From sequence record LC819008.1: a stretch of DNA of 64,000 nucleotides, one strand, 5' to 3'. A program made the position numbers and the translations under genes. Below, piece after piece: positions 55,754-64,000 of the stretch. The notes beneath the pieces are model-generated. The model did no database searches, had not been told where the DNA came from, and worked only from the letters and a program-made list of their open reading frames with translations. Position 1 is the stretch's first letter; the number at the start of each line of letters is the position of its first letter.

Positions 55754-57064
55754 TTAAGCGTTACGGAACTTGTTTGCGTAGTAGAACAGCTTGTTGGACG
55801 CCATGTCTTCGAGCTGTTGCTGGAATTCGATCTGTTTGCGTTTGTTGACGCCCGACGGAATCAGGTAGTCATAAACCAGGCCCACGAGCTGGGTATGGTC
55901 CTTGAAGTGATCGTTGGTCTTGTCGATGATCTCGATGTCTTCGCGAATGCGAGCCGAGTCTTCCTTCGTCAGGCCAGGTTCCTTCAGTTCGTTGATCAGG
56001 TCGTTGCGGATACGGATGAAACGACGACCTGCCTTGTCGTACCAGTCGTGATGGGCATCTGCCAGCAGGAGACCTGCGAGCAGCACGAACGTCGTGTATG
56101 CGCCGTACACTTGACCGATTGCGATTTCGAAGATACCGAGCGCAAGCACACAGACCTTCACGAATTCCATGAAGAAGTAGCCGACCCAGCCACGACGATA
56201 GATCGTGCCCTTGTACATCTTGTCGAGCGCCGTCACGAGATCACGGCCAGCACCATGACGCGTTGCGAACTGATCCGACAGAGCTTCGAAGCTGTTGATG
56301 TCGTAGCCTTCCACACCCGACTGGCTGCGGTTCTTGCGTGCCAGGTTCGAGATGATGACCGTGTAGATCGTCGTGTTGTTCTTGTTGCCGAGATCCTGAG
56401 CATCCAGATTCGTGATCGCCAGCATATCGCCAGCTTCCTTGATGATCAGCTCACGGCGACCATGATCGGTCGTACCATCCAGTTCGCGCACCATCGTGAT
56501 GAGGATCTGGTTGGTCGTACGGAAACGGATCAGGTGTTCGAAGAACGACCACACGTGACCGACTTCATGCAGGATGATAGCCGAGAGTTCCGGGCTGGAA
56601 TATTCGCGGCCGTCGAAGAGCTTGTAGAGCAGGCCCTTGTTGCCGTAGATCATCGCAGCGTTCAGGTACATCTTGATCGGCGGCAGTTCTGCCAGGTAGC
56701 CGTCCACCCAGCCTGCGTTCGTATCGATGAACGCACGCACTTCCTTGTTCTGGCTCTTGCGGATGTCGGCGAGCGAGCGCTTGGAGAGCGTCGTGTCCTT
56801 CCAGCCGTAGCCTTCGAGCAGCGGGCTGTTCTTGTCCAGATGCGGGGGTTCCGTCATCATGGGCATGTCGCTCACGCTGATTTCGAAGTTGATGTTCGTG
56901 TTGTCCTTGATGCACTTGGCAACTGCGATCTCGAACTCGGTGCGAGTGTTACCGTCGCTCTTGGTACGGTACTTGTCGATGATCGCCGTCATCTCGCGGT
57001 GGAAGCGATCGTTCTGGAACGAAATGCTCTCCGGCGAGTAGATGGGATTGATGGTGGTAAACAT
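55754..57064 (-). CDS. Virion protein with an M48-like zincin motif and a hydrophobic segment
   Basis: SPE-SISFQ N-terminus; AIILHEVGH (56555-56569); EALSDQFA...LVTALDKM. Confidence 0.6.
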   Translation of the reverse strand: MFTTINPIYSPESISFQNDRFHREMTAIIDKYRTKSDGNTRTEFEIAVAKCIKDNTNINFEISVSDMPMMTEPPHLDKNSPLLEGYGWKDTTLSKRSLADIRKSQNKEVRAFIDTNAGWVDGYLAELPPIKMYLNAAMIYGNKGLLYKLFDGREYSSPELSAIILHEVGHVWSFFEHLIRFRTTNQILITMVRELDGTTDHGRRELIIKEAGDMLAITNLDAQDLGNKNNTTIYTVIISNLARKNRSQSGVEGYDINSFEALSDQFATRHGAGRDLVTALDKMYKGTIYRRGWVGYFFMEFVKVCVLALGIFEIAIGQVYGAYTTFVLLAGLLLADAHHDWYDKAGRRFIRIRNDLINELKEPGLTKEDSARIREDIEIIDKTNDHFKDHTQLVGLVYDYLIPSGVNKRKQIEFQQQLEDMASNKLFYYANKFRNA

Positions 57065-57161
57065 GTTTTGGCCGACCTTTTGTCAACGGTAATTAAAAAT
57101 CAGACGACACAATGTTGTGCCTGAAATTGTCCTACGCCTCATAAAAAAGGTGCGAAATAGA

Positions 57162-59258
57162 ATGGATAATATTCTGTTGCTCAACAAGAGGAACAAAACA
57201 GCAGTTTACCCAAGTGATCTGCTGGTCATTGACATTGACAGAACCTGTCCGATTCTCGGAAATCCGTTTCCGATGAAGGACAAAGACGACGATGAAGAAC
57301 GCTCTTTTGTGATCGATTCATACCGTCGGTATTTTGAAAAAGAGTATACCAATAATGGGATACTCACCAAACGAATTCATGAACTTGCAGACCTGGTTCG
57401 CTCTGGTAAGCGGATCGGTCTTCGCTGCTGGTGTCACCCTAAACCGTGTCACGGCAACATCATCATCTCCAAGATCAAAAAACTACTGGAAGGAAACATG
57501 TCTGAATCGCCTCAACAACCCAGTAAAGAGTTTCTGAACTATCCCTTCGCAAAGGAAGACATCGATTACGTCGAATGTCGTTTCGCTATCCACATTCCGA
57601 AGGATCGAAACAACGAGAAAGGTATCGACCTTCATGCAGTTAAGGAAATCATTCACTTCAAGGATGGCACGACCAAGCCGTGGGTGAAGTACATTCCGAA
57701 CTACCAGTGCAAATTCTGGACGACGAAGCCTCATGTTCGTAACGGCAAGTTTGCACACAAGCAGAAGAAAGAATGGGAGTCGCTCGATAACCTGATTGAA
57801 GGTCAGGCTACCGCTTCCGGCATGGGCTTTGCTGTTGCTCGTGCGCTGGATCAGATGCGTCTGGCTGATCGTTATTTCGATCTGAAGGATTCGCCCTACG
57901 TCTACGGTCTGGATATTCCGTCGACGGTGCAACTCAAGCACGACTACACCGTGCGTATGCAGGGTAAGGCTGATACGCCGTTTACCATCGCCTATTCTGA
58001 TACTGAAACGAACATGCTCGGTATCGAAGAAGGTGCTTCGAAACACATCATCATGCAGTCGCTCTTCCATCAGGATGGACGTCTGTTCACGGTGATTCTC
58101 GAAGACTTCGTGAAGACGCTGCCTAATCCGCAGAAAGATCTTCGCGCCCTCTATGACGAACACATGCCTGAGCAAGGCAAGGAACTCGTCAAGGATTGGG
58201 AAATCGCAATCGTCAAAGAACCGATCGACATCGTCAAGGCAATTTTGCAACGTTGCCATACGTGGCAGCCTGACTTCCTGTCGTTCTGGAACATGATCTT
58301 CGACTTGGACAAAATGATCCAGTGCGTTGAAGACGCCGGTTATCGTCCAGAAGACATCTTCTGCGATCCTCGTCTGCCGCGTGAGTTGCGTTATGCATAC
58401 CTGAAGCGCGCTAACCCGAGCAAGACGTCGGCATCGGGTCGTCTGATGACCAAGAAGCCTGCCGACCAGTGGCATAGCTGGCTATGTCCTGCCTCGTTTT
58501 ACATCATTGACCAGATGGCCACCTACCGCTTCGTTCGTAAATCGAAGCAGCTGGAAAAGTCTTACGGTCTGGATGACATTCTGGGCAAGGAACTCGAAGG
58601 TCTGGGTAAGCTTAAGCACAAGCCTGCTGAAGGTTTGACTAAAGCTGAATTCCACATCTTCATGCAACAGAAATATCCTGGCGAGTATGTGATCTATCAC
58701 ATCTGGGATGCGGTCTGTATGCACCTGCTGACATTGAAGACGAAGGACTTGTCATTCTCGTTGCCAGGTACGACGGAGTTCTCGGACTTCATGAGCTTTG
58801 AATCGGAACCGAAGCGTTACATCCACAAGTTCCATTTCTACGCATTGGAAAACCATCGATGCGTCACTGGTGTATCCAGTAAAGCTCTGGTGCAAGAATA
58901 CGACGACATGACCATCTCCACCAAAGGTCACATCGTTACTCTTGAACCACACTTGACTGTGGATTCGGGGATGAAGATCTTCAATGATTATCCCGAGCTA
59001 CAGACAAACTTCTACGGTCACAATGCTGACCTGGACGTTAAGTCCAGTTATCCATACGGCCAGTGGGTTTTCAACATGTCGCGTACGACGACTGTTCGAG
59101 AACTCGTTGAGATCGAAGGTGTGCGAGATCATGTCCGTCGCATCCAGGGTCTTAACATCTCCGGTGGACGCAGTAATGCAGTTGAATTCTGTACTGAGAT
59201 CTTCGGTCTTCCGACTCTTGCCGAACTCGACAAGATTTACGATCAAGCAAATGCATAA
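57162..59258 (+). CDS. DUF4326 domain fused to the phiKZ-type family-B DNA polymerase subunit (3'-5' exonuclease plus motif A)
   Basis: N-terminal LGNPF...IGLRCWCHPKPCHG (DUF4326); then SDTE (ExoI), FWNMIFD (ExoII), YHIWD (ExoIII) and DLDVKSSYP (PolB motif A). Confidence 0.8.
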   Translation: MDNILLLNKRNKTAVYPSDLLVIDIDRTCPILGNPFPMKDKDDDEERSFVIDSYRRYFEKEYTNNGILTKRIHELADLVRSGKRIGLRCWCHPKPCHGNIIISKIKKLLEGNMSESPQQPSKEFLNYPFAKEDIDYVECRFAIHIPKDRNNEKGIDLHAVKEIIHFKDGTTKPWVKYIPNYQCKFWTTKPHVRNGKFAHKQKKEWESLDNLIEGQATASGMGFAVARALDQMRLADRYFDLKDSPYVYGLDIPSTVQLKHDYTVRMQGKADTPFTIAYSDTETNMLGIEEGASKHIIMQSLFHQDGRLFTVILEDFVKTLPNPQKDLRALYDEHMPEQGKELVKDWEIAIVKEPIDIVKAILQRCHTWQPDFLSFWNMIFDLDKMIQCVEDAGYRPEDIFCDPRLPRELRYAYLKRANPSKTSASGRLMTKKPADQWHSWLCPASFYIIDQMATYRFVRKSKQLEKSYGLDDILGKELEGLGKLKHKPAEGLTKAEFHIFMQQKYPGEYVIYHIWDAVCMHLLTLKTKDLSFSLPGTTEFSDFMSFESEPKRYIHKFHFYALENHRCVTGVSSKALVQEYDDMTISTKGHIVTLEPHLTVDSGMKIFNDYPELQTNFYGHNADLDVKSSYPYGQWVFNMSRTTTVRELVEIEGVRDHVRRIQGLNISGGRSNAVEFCTEIFGLPTLAELDKIYDQANA

Positions 59259-59269
59259 AGCATAGGTGC

Positions 59270-59297
59270 CTACTCCTACCCGCAAGGGTAGGAGTAG
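59270..59297. terminator. Bidirectional hairpin terminator
   Basis: CTACTCCTACCC-GCAA-GGGTAGGAGTAG between convergent genes. Confidence 0.85.
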
Positions 59298-59309
59298 AAC
59301 TATGTCTGT

Positions 59310-59909
59310 TTACCACAAGCTGTAACCAGCAGGTGTGTATTTGGGATTTGCCTGCCAGTCCACAATGGTTGCACCTACCTGACCATTAGGACTGGAAATG
59401 ACAGGATAGTAATTGGTTTGTCCCGGCGAATAGGTCGTGAGGCTAAGTGTGCCTTCATTGACGCCATTGCGGTAATAGGTAAACTGTTTGTTGACAAAAT
59501 CGACAGCCATGCCGACGTAGTCGCCTTGAGTAAACCCAGTTACACCGTAGTTAGCACGAACGTTGCTGTTGTAAATCAGCTGACTCACAGCACCTGTGCA
59601 ATACCAGAAGACTTCACCGGAATTGGTGGTCCATGGCGTATTAAAAGGCGTCGTGGTTGTTCCAAGACCAATAAGAGGGCTGTATGAAACAGAACCCTCA
59701 AACTGAGTCATGAGAACTTCAAAATACCACTTGCCTCCATTGGCAACGGCTCTGGAAAGTGTTGCAAAAACTGAGCCGCCTGTGTTTCCGCAGTTCGCTC
59801 TCAGGTTTCCGTTTGAAACGGAAACCGAAGTAGCTTTAAGTGTTGGGCTAAAAGTCGTTGTTGTTGCTGCGATTGTTTTCTTTTTTAACAGCAAGCTAGT
59901 TGCCAACAT
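59310..59909 (-). CDS. SPRY/B30.2-domain protein
   Basis: GKWYFEV, GDYVGMAVD...FTYYRNG and YYPVIS SPRY motifs. Confidence 0.8.
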   Translation of the reverse strand: MLATSLLLKKKTIAATTTTFSPTLKATSVSVSNGNLRANCGNTGGSVFATLSRAVANGGKWYFEVLMTQFEGSVSYSPLIGLGTTTTPFNTPWTTNSGEVFWYCTGAVSQLIYNSNVRANYGVTGFTQGDYVGMAVDFVNKQFTYYRNGVNEGTLSLTTYSPGQTNYYPVISSPNGQVGATIVDWQANPKYTPAGYSLW

Positions 59910-59912
59910 AAA

Positions 59913-60512
59913 TCACCACCGAGAAAAGCCGGACGGAATCGGATTCACCAGGTTCGTCGTGAAGTCAACGATCGCAGGCGAACCACCAGCATTCACGCTA
60001 CATGAAACCGGATAGTACGTGTGTCCGAGGTTACTGTAAGTGGAAAGGGAGAGTTTTCCTCGCGCAGTTCCACCAAGAATAAATTCGATCGTGTTGTTGA
60101 CCAGATCCAGACAGATACCGATCACACCACCTGCACTTACGAATGTACCGTAGTTCAGACGTGCATCAGCAGCATAGCTGACCTGTGCATTATTGGGTGC
60201 GCTTCCGTAGAAGAGAACCTGATCCAGTGCGCCGCCGCCATACACGTTCGACAACCCTGTGCGTTCAGAACAGATCCCGGTCATTGGTGCTGCGCCGCCT
60301 GACCACCCACTCTCAGTCTGGACAATCAGAATTTCGGTGTACCACTTTCCAGTAGTTTTACCGATAGTGCCGCGAGCACCTGCTCGTGAGTTGGATGCCA
60401 GCGTTGCTCGTGAATTGGTATTCGACAGCGTTACACCGGAAACTACGACAGCAGGATCCCAAGCCAGCAAAGATCCTGTCTTCTTCTTTAAAAGCAGGGA
60501 GTTGTCAAGCAT
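59913..60512 (-). CDS. SPRY/B30.2-domain protein (tandem paralogue)
   Basis: GKWYTEI, GGVIGICLDL and YYPVSC; start moved to ATG 60512 (MLDNSLLLKKK). Confidence 0.8.
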   Translation of the reverse strand: MLDNSLLLKKKTGSLLAWDPAVVVSGVTLSNTNSRATLASNSRAGARGTIGKTTGKWYTEILIVQTESGWSGGAAPMTGICSERTGLSNVYGGGALDQVLFYGSAPNNAQVSYAADARLNYGTFVSAGGVIGICLDLVNNTIEFILGGTARGKLSLSTYSNLGHTYYPVSCSVNAGGSPAIVDFTTNLVNPIPSGFSRW

Positions 60513-60547
60513 ATAAAGCCCAGTATAATTGGTCAAAAGTCATAGAA

Positions 60548-60575
60548 TCGTACCTAGGCTTTCGCCTAGGTACGA
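60548..60575 (-). terminator. Hairpin terminator
   Basis: TCGTACCTAGGC-TTTC-GCCTAGGTACGA. Confidence 0.75.
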
Positions 60576-60579
60576 GTTC

Positions 60580-61275
60580 TTAACCGATGTACTGGATGAT
60601 TTCGTCGACGGATTTCTTCACTTCAGTGAAGAGGCGAGTTGCGTCAACAGTGAAAAGAGGACCCGCTTCCTGGATGCGACGCTGCGCGAATTGCAGGCGG
60701 AAATTCTGGATGAGATTCTCGAAGAATTCATCCGGTTTCGTTTCGAACGCGTCCTTCGTATTGCCGAGCGCACTCACTCGCTCGTCGACACGAGCACGAG
60801 ACGTTGCCAGATCGATGTCCAGGAAGATCGTGGCGTAGCCTTTGATCTGGCTGTAGAGCCATGCCCGCGTTTGAAGCGGATAGCCTGCCAGGATGTTGGG
60901 CAGATTCAGATGGTAGTCGAACATCTGATCACAGAGCTTCTTAGGGATTCCCTGGGTGAAGTGCTGGTACACCCATGTCGTGTCGTTCCAACGGTCACTG
61001 ATGACCACCTGGCCAGACAGAAGGGCAGGTATGATGGTCTCGACCAGTACCCGACGGCGCAGATACAGAATGCATGACAAAACTGCCGGCATCGGGATTT
61101 TCTGATGAATCCATGCGTCCCGCATGAACGATGCTTCTTCGTCTTTCGGGTAGGCTGCCACGACGACGTTCGGAATACCCTTGGCGGTCAGGTATTCCCC
61201 GATGTGCTGCGAGATGCTGCTCTTGCCACTACCGTCGATGCCTTCAACGGTCCAGAAACGATTGTCACTTGCCAC
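60580..61275 (-). CDS. tmk: Thymidylate kinase
   Basis: VEGIDGSGKSS P-loop, VISDRW, YQ and IFLDID motifs. Confidence 0.9.
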   Translation of the reverse strand: MASDNRFWTVEGIDGSGKSSISQHIGEYLTAKGIPNVVVAAYPKDEEASFMRDAWIHQKIPMPAVLSCILYLRRRVLVETIIPALLSGQVVISDRWNDTTWVYQHFTQGIPKKLCDQMFDYHLNLPNILAGYPLQTRAWLYSQIKGYATIFLDIDLATSRARVDERVSALGNTKDAFETKPDEFFENLIQNFRLQFAQRRIQEAGPLFTVDATRLFTEVKKSVDEIIQYIG

Positions 61276-61336
61276 GATTGGTCTCCTAGTTTAACCAGGG
61301 TATCTGCCGAAAGAATAAAAAAATAAAGCAAAAAAA

Positions 61337-61356
61337 TCCCCGGTGTTACCCGGGGA
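61337..61356 (-). terminator. Rho-independent terminator
   Basis: TCCCCGG/CCGGGGA stem with an adjacent A-tract. Confidence 0.65.
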
Positions 61357-61379
61357 GAAAATACACGCGCCGCCGAGGG

Positions 61380-62150
61380 CTACACGCGACGCATGTAGAG
61401 ACTCAGTGGCACGTAGGACGGATTCACGAAACGATACATCGCAGCGGCACTCTGTTCCTTCTCGCGGCAGTTATTCGCGAAACGAACGAAGTGCTCCAAC
61501 TCGCCCTTGTTCTTGGCGGTGCCGACGTACACACTGTTCTGCTCCTTAAGCGAACTGTAGTAGACTTCGACGCCGCCTTCTTTCGAGCGAGCATATGCCT
61601 GTACGCCATCGGGGATGATGACGTCATGCACAGTCTTGATATAGTTCCGGTTGTACTTCACCGGATACCACAACGACTTGTTGACCTCGTCGGTGAACTG
61701 ACGCAGATTCTCGAAGTAGTAGTTCGCGGCTTCCAGGACCATGTTCTTGTAGTCCGGGTTGTGGAACTCCTGCGCAATGCTACTACCGCTGAACACGCGG
61801 ATAACAACCTTACGAGGACCCCGCATTACTGCGACCATTTTCGAAGGAAGAATGAAAACGCCATGGCCGGGAATGACCTTGACGCCTTCTTCTTTCTTAT
61901 CAAACAACTGACGTAGCTTGCCGCGCTGGGCGAAAGCTTTCGACTGACCGAGCGCGACGTTGTACTCGCGGAATGTCTCAGCCGATACTTCTTCGTCCAC
62001 GATGGGCGTGAACACGTGATTCTGACGAATGCTATTCACCCGCCATGCCTTATCGCCATAGCTGGCGTTGATGATGGATAGGTCCGAATCAATCGGGAAT
62101 TCGCGATTCAGAATACGCACTACGTTTTTGCCGACGGAGATCTGTTGCAT
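61380..62150 (-). CDS. Hypothetical protein
   Basis: 256 aa; AAGGA SD. Confidence 0.7.
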   Translation of the reverse strand: MQQISVGKNVVRILNREFPIDSDLSIINASYGDKAWRVNSIRQNHVFTPIVDEEVSAETFREYNVALGQSKAFAQRGKLRQLFDKKEEGVKVIPGHGVFILPSKMVAVMRGPRKVVIRVFSGSSIAQEFHNPDYKNMVLEAANYYFENLRQFTDEVNKSLWYPVKYNRNYIKTVHDVIIPDGVQAYARSKEGGVEVYYSSLKEQNSVYVGTAKNKGELEHFVRFANNCREKEQSAAAMYRFVNPSYVPLSLYMRRV

Positions 62151-62184
62151 GTCGATTTTATCCTTACGTTTTGAAAGTTGAAGC

Positions 62185-62922
62185 TTAAGCTGCGTTGGTG
62201 CTTACATCTTCAGAGTTTGCTGCTTCCAGGCTTTCGCCCGATGCTGCTTTTTGGCGAGCCTTGATGATGCAGATCGCCATGTCCACGGCCACCAGGAAGT
62301 GGGCGTGAGAGGTTTGGTACGGATTCTTCGGAACAGAAACCGTACTGGCCAGCCGTCGCGGATCGCCTGCTTCTTCATAGCTTTCCAGCGGAGCAGTCGT
62401 CTGATACGCGTCGATCATTTCCTTGGTAGCGGCGATGACCGAATCGACCCAGACATACTTCTTCTTCCATGCTGCCTTGTAATAGCGCTTGGCATCTTCA
62501 ACCGAATAGCCGGCATTGGCGAGAGTCGCCAGACAGCCTTGTTCGAAGATTGCCCGCGTACGGACAGACAGCGGAATCGCGACGATTGTGCGGCCGACTT
62601 CTTTTTCATCTTGCTTGCGGATATTGACGCGCAGGTCCCATTCACCGAGTCGGTGGGGAACGCGGCTCCAACCGTGGAAGAACTGTACCAGGTCCTTCTG
62701 GCGTCCTTCAGACACGATCCGTTCGATTTCTGCTACAGCCGCTTCGTCGGCGGCAGATGCGAGAGGTGCAGGGGCTACCCGATGTGCAGGACGATGGGTC
62801 GCATGGTTGTTTCCTCCACGACTGAAGGTCGAGGTGTGCGGCCGGTGACGTTGGCCTTCTGTGGATTGGGGCGTCTTATTCTTGTTGCCGCCGAATCGAT
62901 GTGCCATGTTGAGATAAGTCAT
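62185..62922 (-). CDS. Hypothetical protein with a disordered basic N-terminus
   Basis: Start moved to ATG 62922 after GGGAG. Confidence 0.7.
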   Translation of the reverse strand: MTYLNMAHRFGGNKNKTPQSTEGQRHRPHTSTFSRGGNNHATHRPAHRVAPAPLASAADEAAVAEIERIVSEGRQKDLVQFFHGWSRVPHRLGEWDLRVNIRKQDEKEVGRTIVAIPLSVRTRAIFEQGCLATLANAGYSVEDAKRYYKAAWKKKYVWVDSVIAATKEMIDAYQTTAPLESYEEAGDPRRLASTVSVPKNPYQTSHAHFLVAVDMAICIIKARQKAASGESLEAANSEDVSTNAA

Positions 62923-63019
62923 AATGACTCCCAAGACATAATTTTGGTAAGCGAGGAATTCGCTTGTTTTAACCAACAGAACAGAACCCAGCAAAAGTTT
63001 TAGCCGGAAATTCATTTTG

Positions 63020-63027
63020 ATTATATA
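63020..63027 (-). promoter_or_regulatory. Possible promoter (TATATAAT)
   Basis: AT-rich intergenic site resembling both the early motif and a sigma70 -10 box. Confidence 0.35.
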
Positions 63028-63086
63028 TTGTTGATTTTTTCTGCATTATATCTGAACGCTACACAAATAAAAACAGACATAGACCA

Positions 63087-63114
63087 ATACCAGAAGCCTT
63101 GCGGCCTCTGGTAT
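63087..63114 (-). terminator. Hairpin terminator
   Basis: ATACCAGAAGCC-TTGC-GGCCTCTGGTAT. Confidence 0.65.
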
Positions 63115-63116
63115 CG

Positions 63117-63671
63117 TCATTTCTTTTGCTGTTGATTACTAGGCGTTTGAGCGAGCAGCTTCTCCAACTTCTGAATGGCGCCGTTTCCGGCCCCCAGGAG
63201 CTTGGCACTATGCTTCTTCGCCGAGTTAATCACCTTCAGGAAATCGCGTCGAGGATAACGAATTAACTCATCGAAGGAAAACCCGAAGATTTCGTGCACC
63301 TTGTTTTCGGCAAACTGGTCGAGACGGAAGTCAAACGGGTCCACACGAGCCAGATCCTCAAGCGGCGAGCAGAATAACAGGGGCCATGGAACGTTCTTGA
63401 AGTCGTCCGGTCCGTCGTGATTGTAGATACCGAATGCGGTTTCGTACTTCATCCGCATGAACAACTCCGCGTCCACCACATTGGGTAGTTTGGCGTTGGT
63501 CATGGCTTCCAGAATCACGTTGACCGGAGACCTGCCCCTGTCTTCTATTCTCGCCAACTCGGGTTCTAGTCCGATGTGTCCTCCAGACTCCTCGATGAGA
63601 GTCCAAGCAACTTCTGCTCGACCAGCTGAAAAAAAACCGAAACCGCATCGAGTGCGATCAGGCGCGGCCAC
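63117..63671 (-). CDS. Conserved phiKZ-like hypothetical protein (start uncertain)
   Basis: YETAFGIYNHD...VHEIFGFSFDELIRYP; the true start may be internal. Confidence 0.6.
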   Translation of the reverse strand: MAAPDRTRCGFGFFSAGRAEVAWTLIEESGGHIGLEPELARIEDRGRSPVNVILEAMTNAKLPNVVDAELFMRMKYETAFGIYNHDGPDDFKNVPWPLLFCSPLEDLARVDPFDFRLDQFAENKVHEIFGFSFDELIRYPRRDFLKVINSAKKHSAKLLGAGNGAIQKLEKLLAQTPSNQQQKK

Positions 63672-64000
63672 TTGTCGCCGGACAGGGTGTCCTCGTACTC
63701 GTTGACCGAAGTCGTCGCAATGATTGCGACTTGCGTGTTGTTGATGTAGTCGCTGATCGCCTTGAAGAACTTCCGGGAGATCTCGTCGGAGGCCGAGAGG
63801 GACACGAGCACCTTGTCCACGTTTTCACGCGTGGTATAGAGCTCGCCATCTTCTTCGATAGCCTTGACGTAGTGCGAGTACTGGCGCAGACGGGAAGCCT
63901 TAGCCAATTGGCTGATGTACTGCATGCGCTTCTGGTCGGTCGCTTCCGCGCCAAGAGCTTCGTGAACCGCGGCGTTGATCTCGTTGATCCACTTCTCGCC
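63566..64000 (-). CDS. phiKZ-like protein, C-terminal part (gene starts beyond the window)
   Basis: Frame is open to the window edge (GEKWINEINAAV...); ends LIALDAVSVFFQLVEQKL. Confidence 0.6.
   Translation of the reverse strand, partial: GEKWINEINAAVHEALGAEATDQKRMQYISQLAKASRLRQYSHYVKAIEEDGELYTTRENVDKVLVSLSASDEISRKFFKAISDYINNTQVAIIATTSVNEYEDTLSGDKWPRLIALDAVSVFFQLVEQKLLGLSSRSLEDTSD

Noticed and set aside
1-64000. tRNA genes, introns, inteins, homing endonucleases, integrases and stop-codon recoding
   Set aside because: No cloverleaf with a T-loop consensus in intergenic space, and no HNH, LAGLIDADG, GIY-YIG or intein motifs noticed. Core genes are intact under the standard code. This was a manual read, so short or diverged elements could be missed.

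Overview
A 64 kb segment of a phiKZ-like (Chimalliviridae-type) jumbo phage genome. It has about 81 densely packed CDS, mostly on the minus strand. I found no tRNA, rRNA, CRISPR array, intron or integrase. The assignment rests on a phiKZ-type DnaB helicase (5'-truncated), the split family-B DNA polymerase exonuclease subunit, a block of phiKZ-like head, inner-body and baseplate proteins (about 37.9-57.1 kb) and phiKZ-type early promoter motifs (TATATTAC). Also present are ThyA, Tmk, a YmaB-like NUDIX hydrolase, a HAD hydrolase, a QueC-like PP-loop enzyme, a collagen-like tail fibre cassette with DUF4376 and DUF1353 genes, two SPRY-domain paralogues and a holin-like protein. A Burkholderiales host is plausible from GC-rich codon use and a PXPV-like exported protein, but this is inference only. 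The main leads are: (1) a tandem array of eight divergent winged-helix-like genes at 2.5-5.6 kb, most of it under a putative early promoter; (2) an in-frame DUF4326-DNA polymerase fusion that keeps an internal ribosome-binding site; (3) a promoter-to-terminator unit without an ORF at 26.1-26.3 kb that looks like a small RNA with an anti-Shine-Dalgarno loop; (4) an M48-like HExxH motif in a virion protein; (5) terminator hairpins followed by TATG rather than U-tracts. All family assignments and phiKZ synteny statements come from recalled motifs, not from database searches. Several start codons were moved from the ORF track to better-supported ATG/GTG sites.
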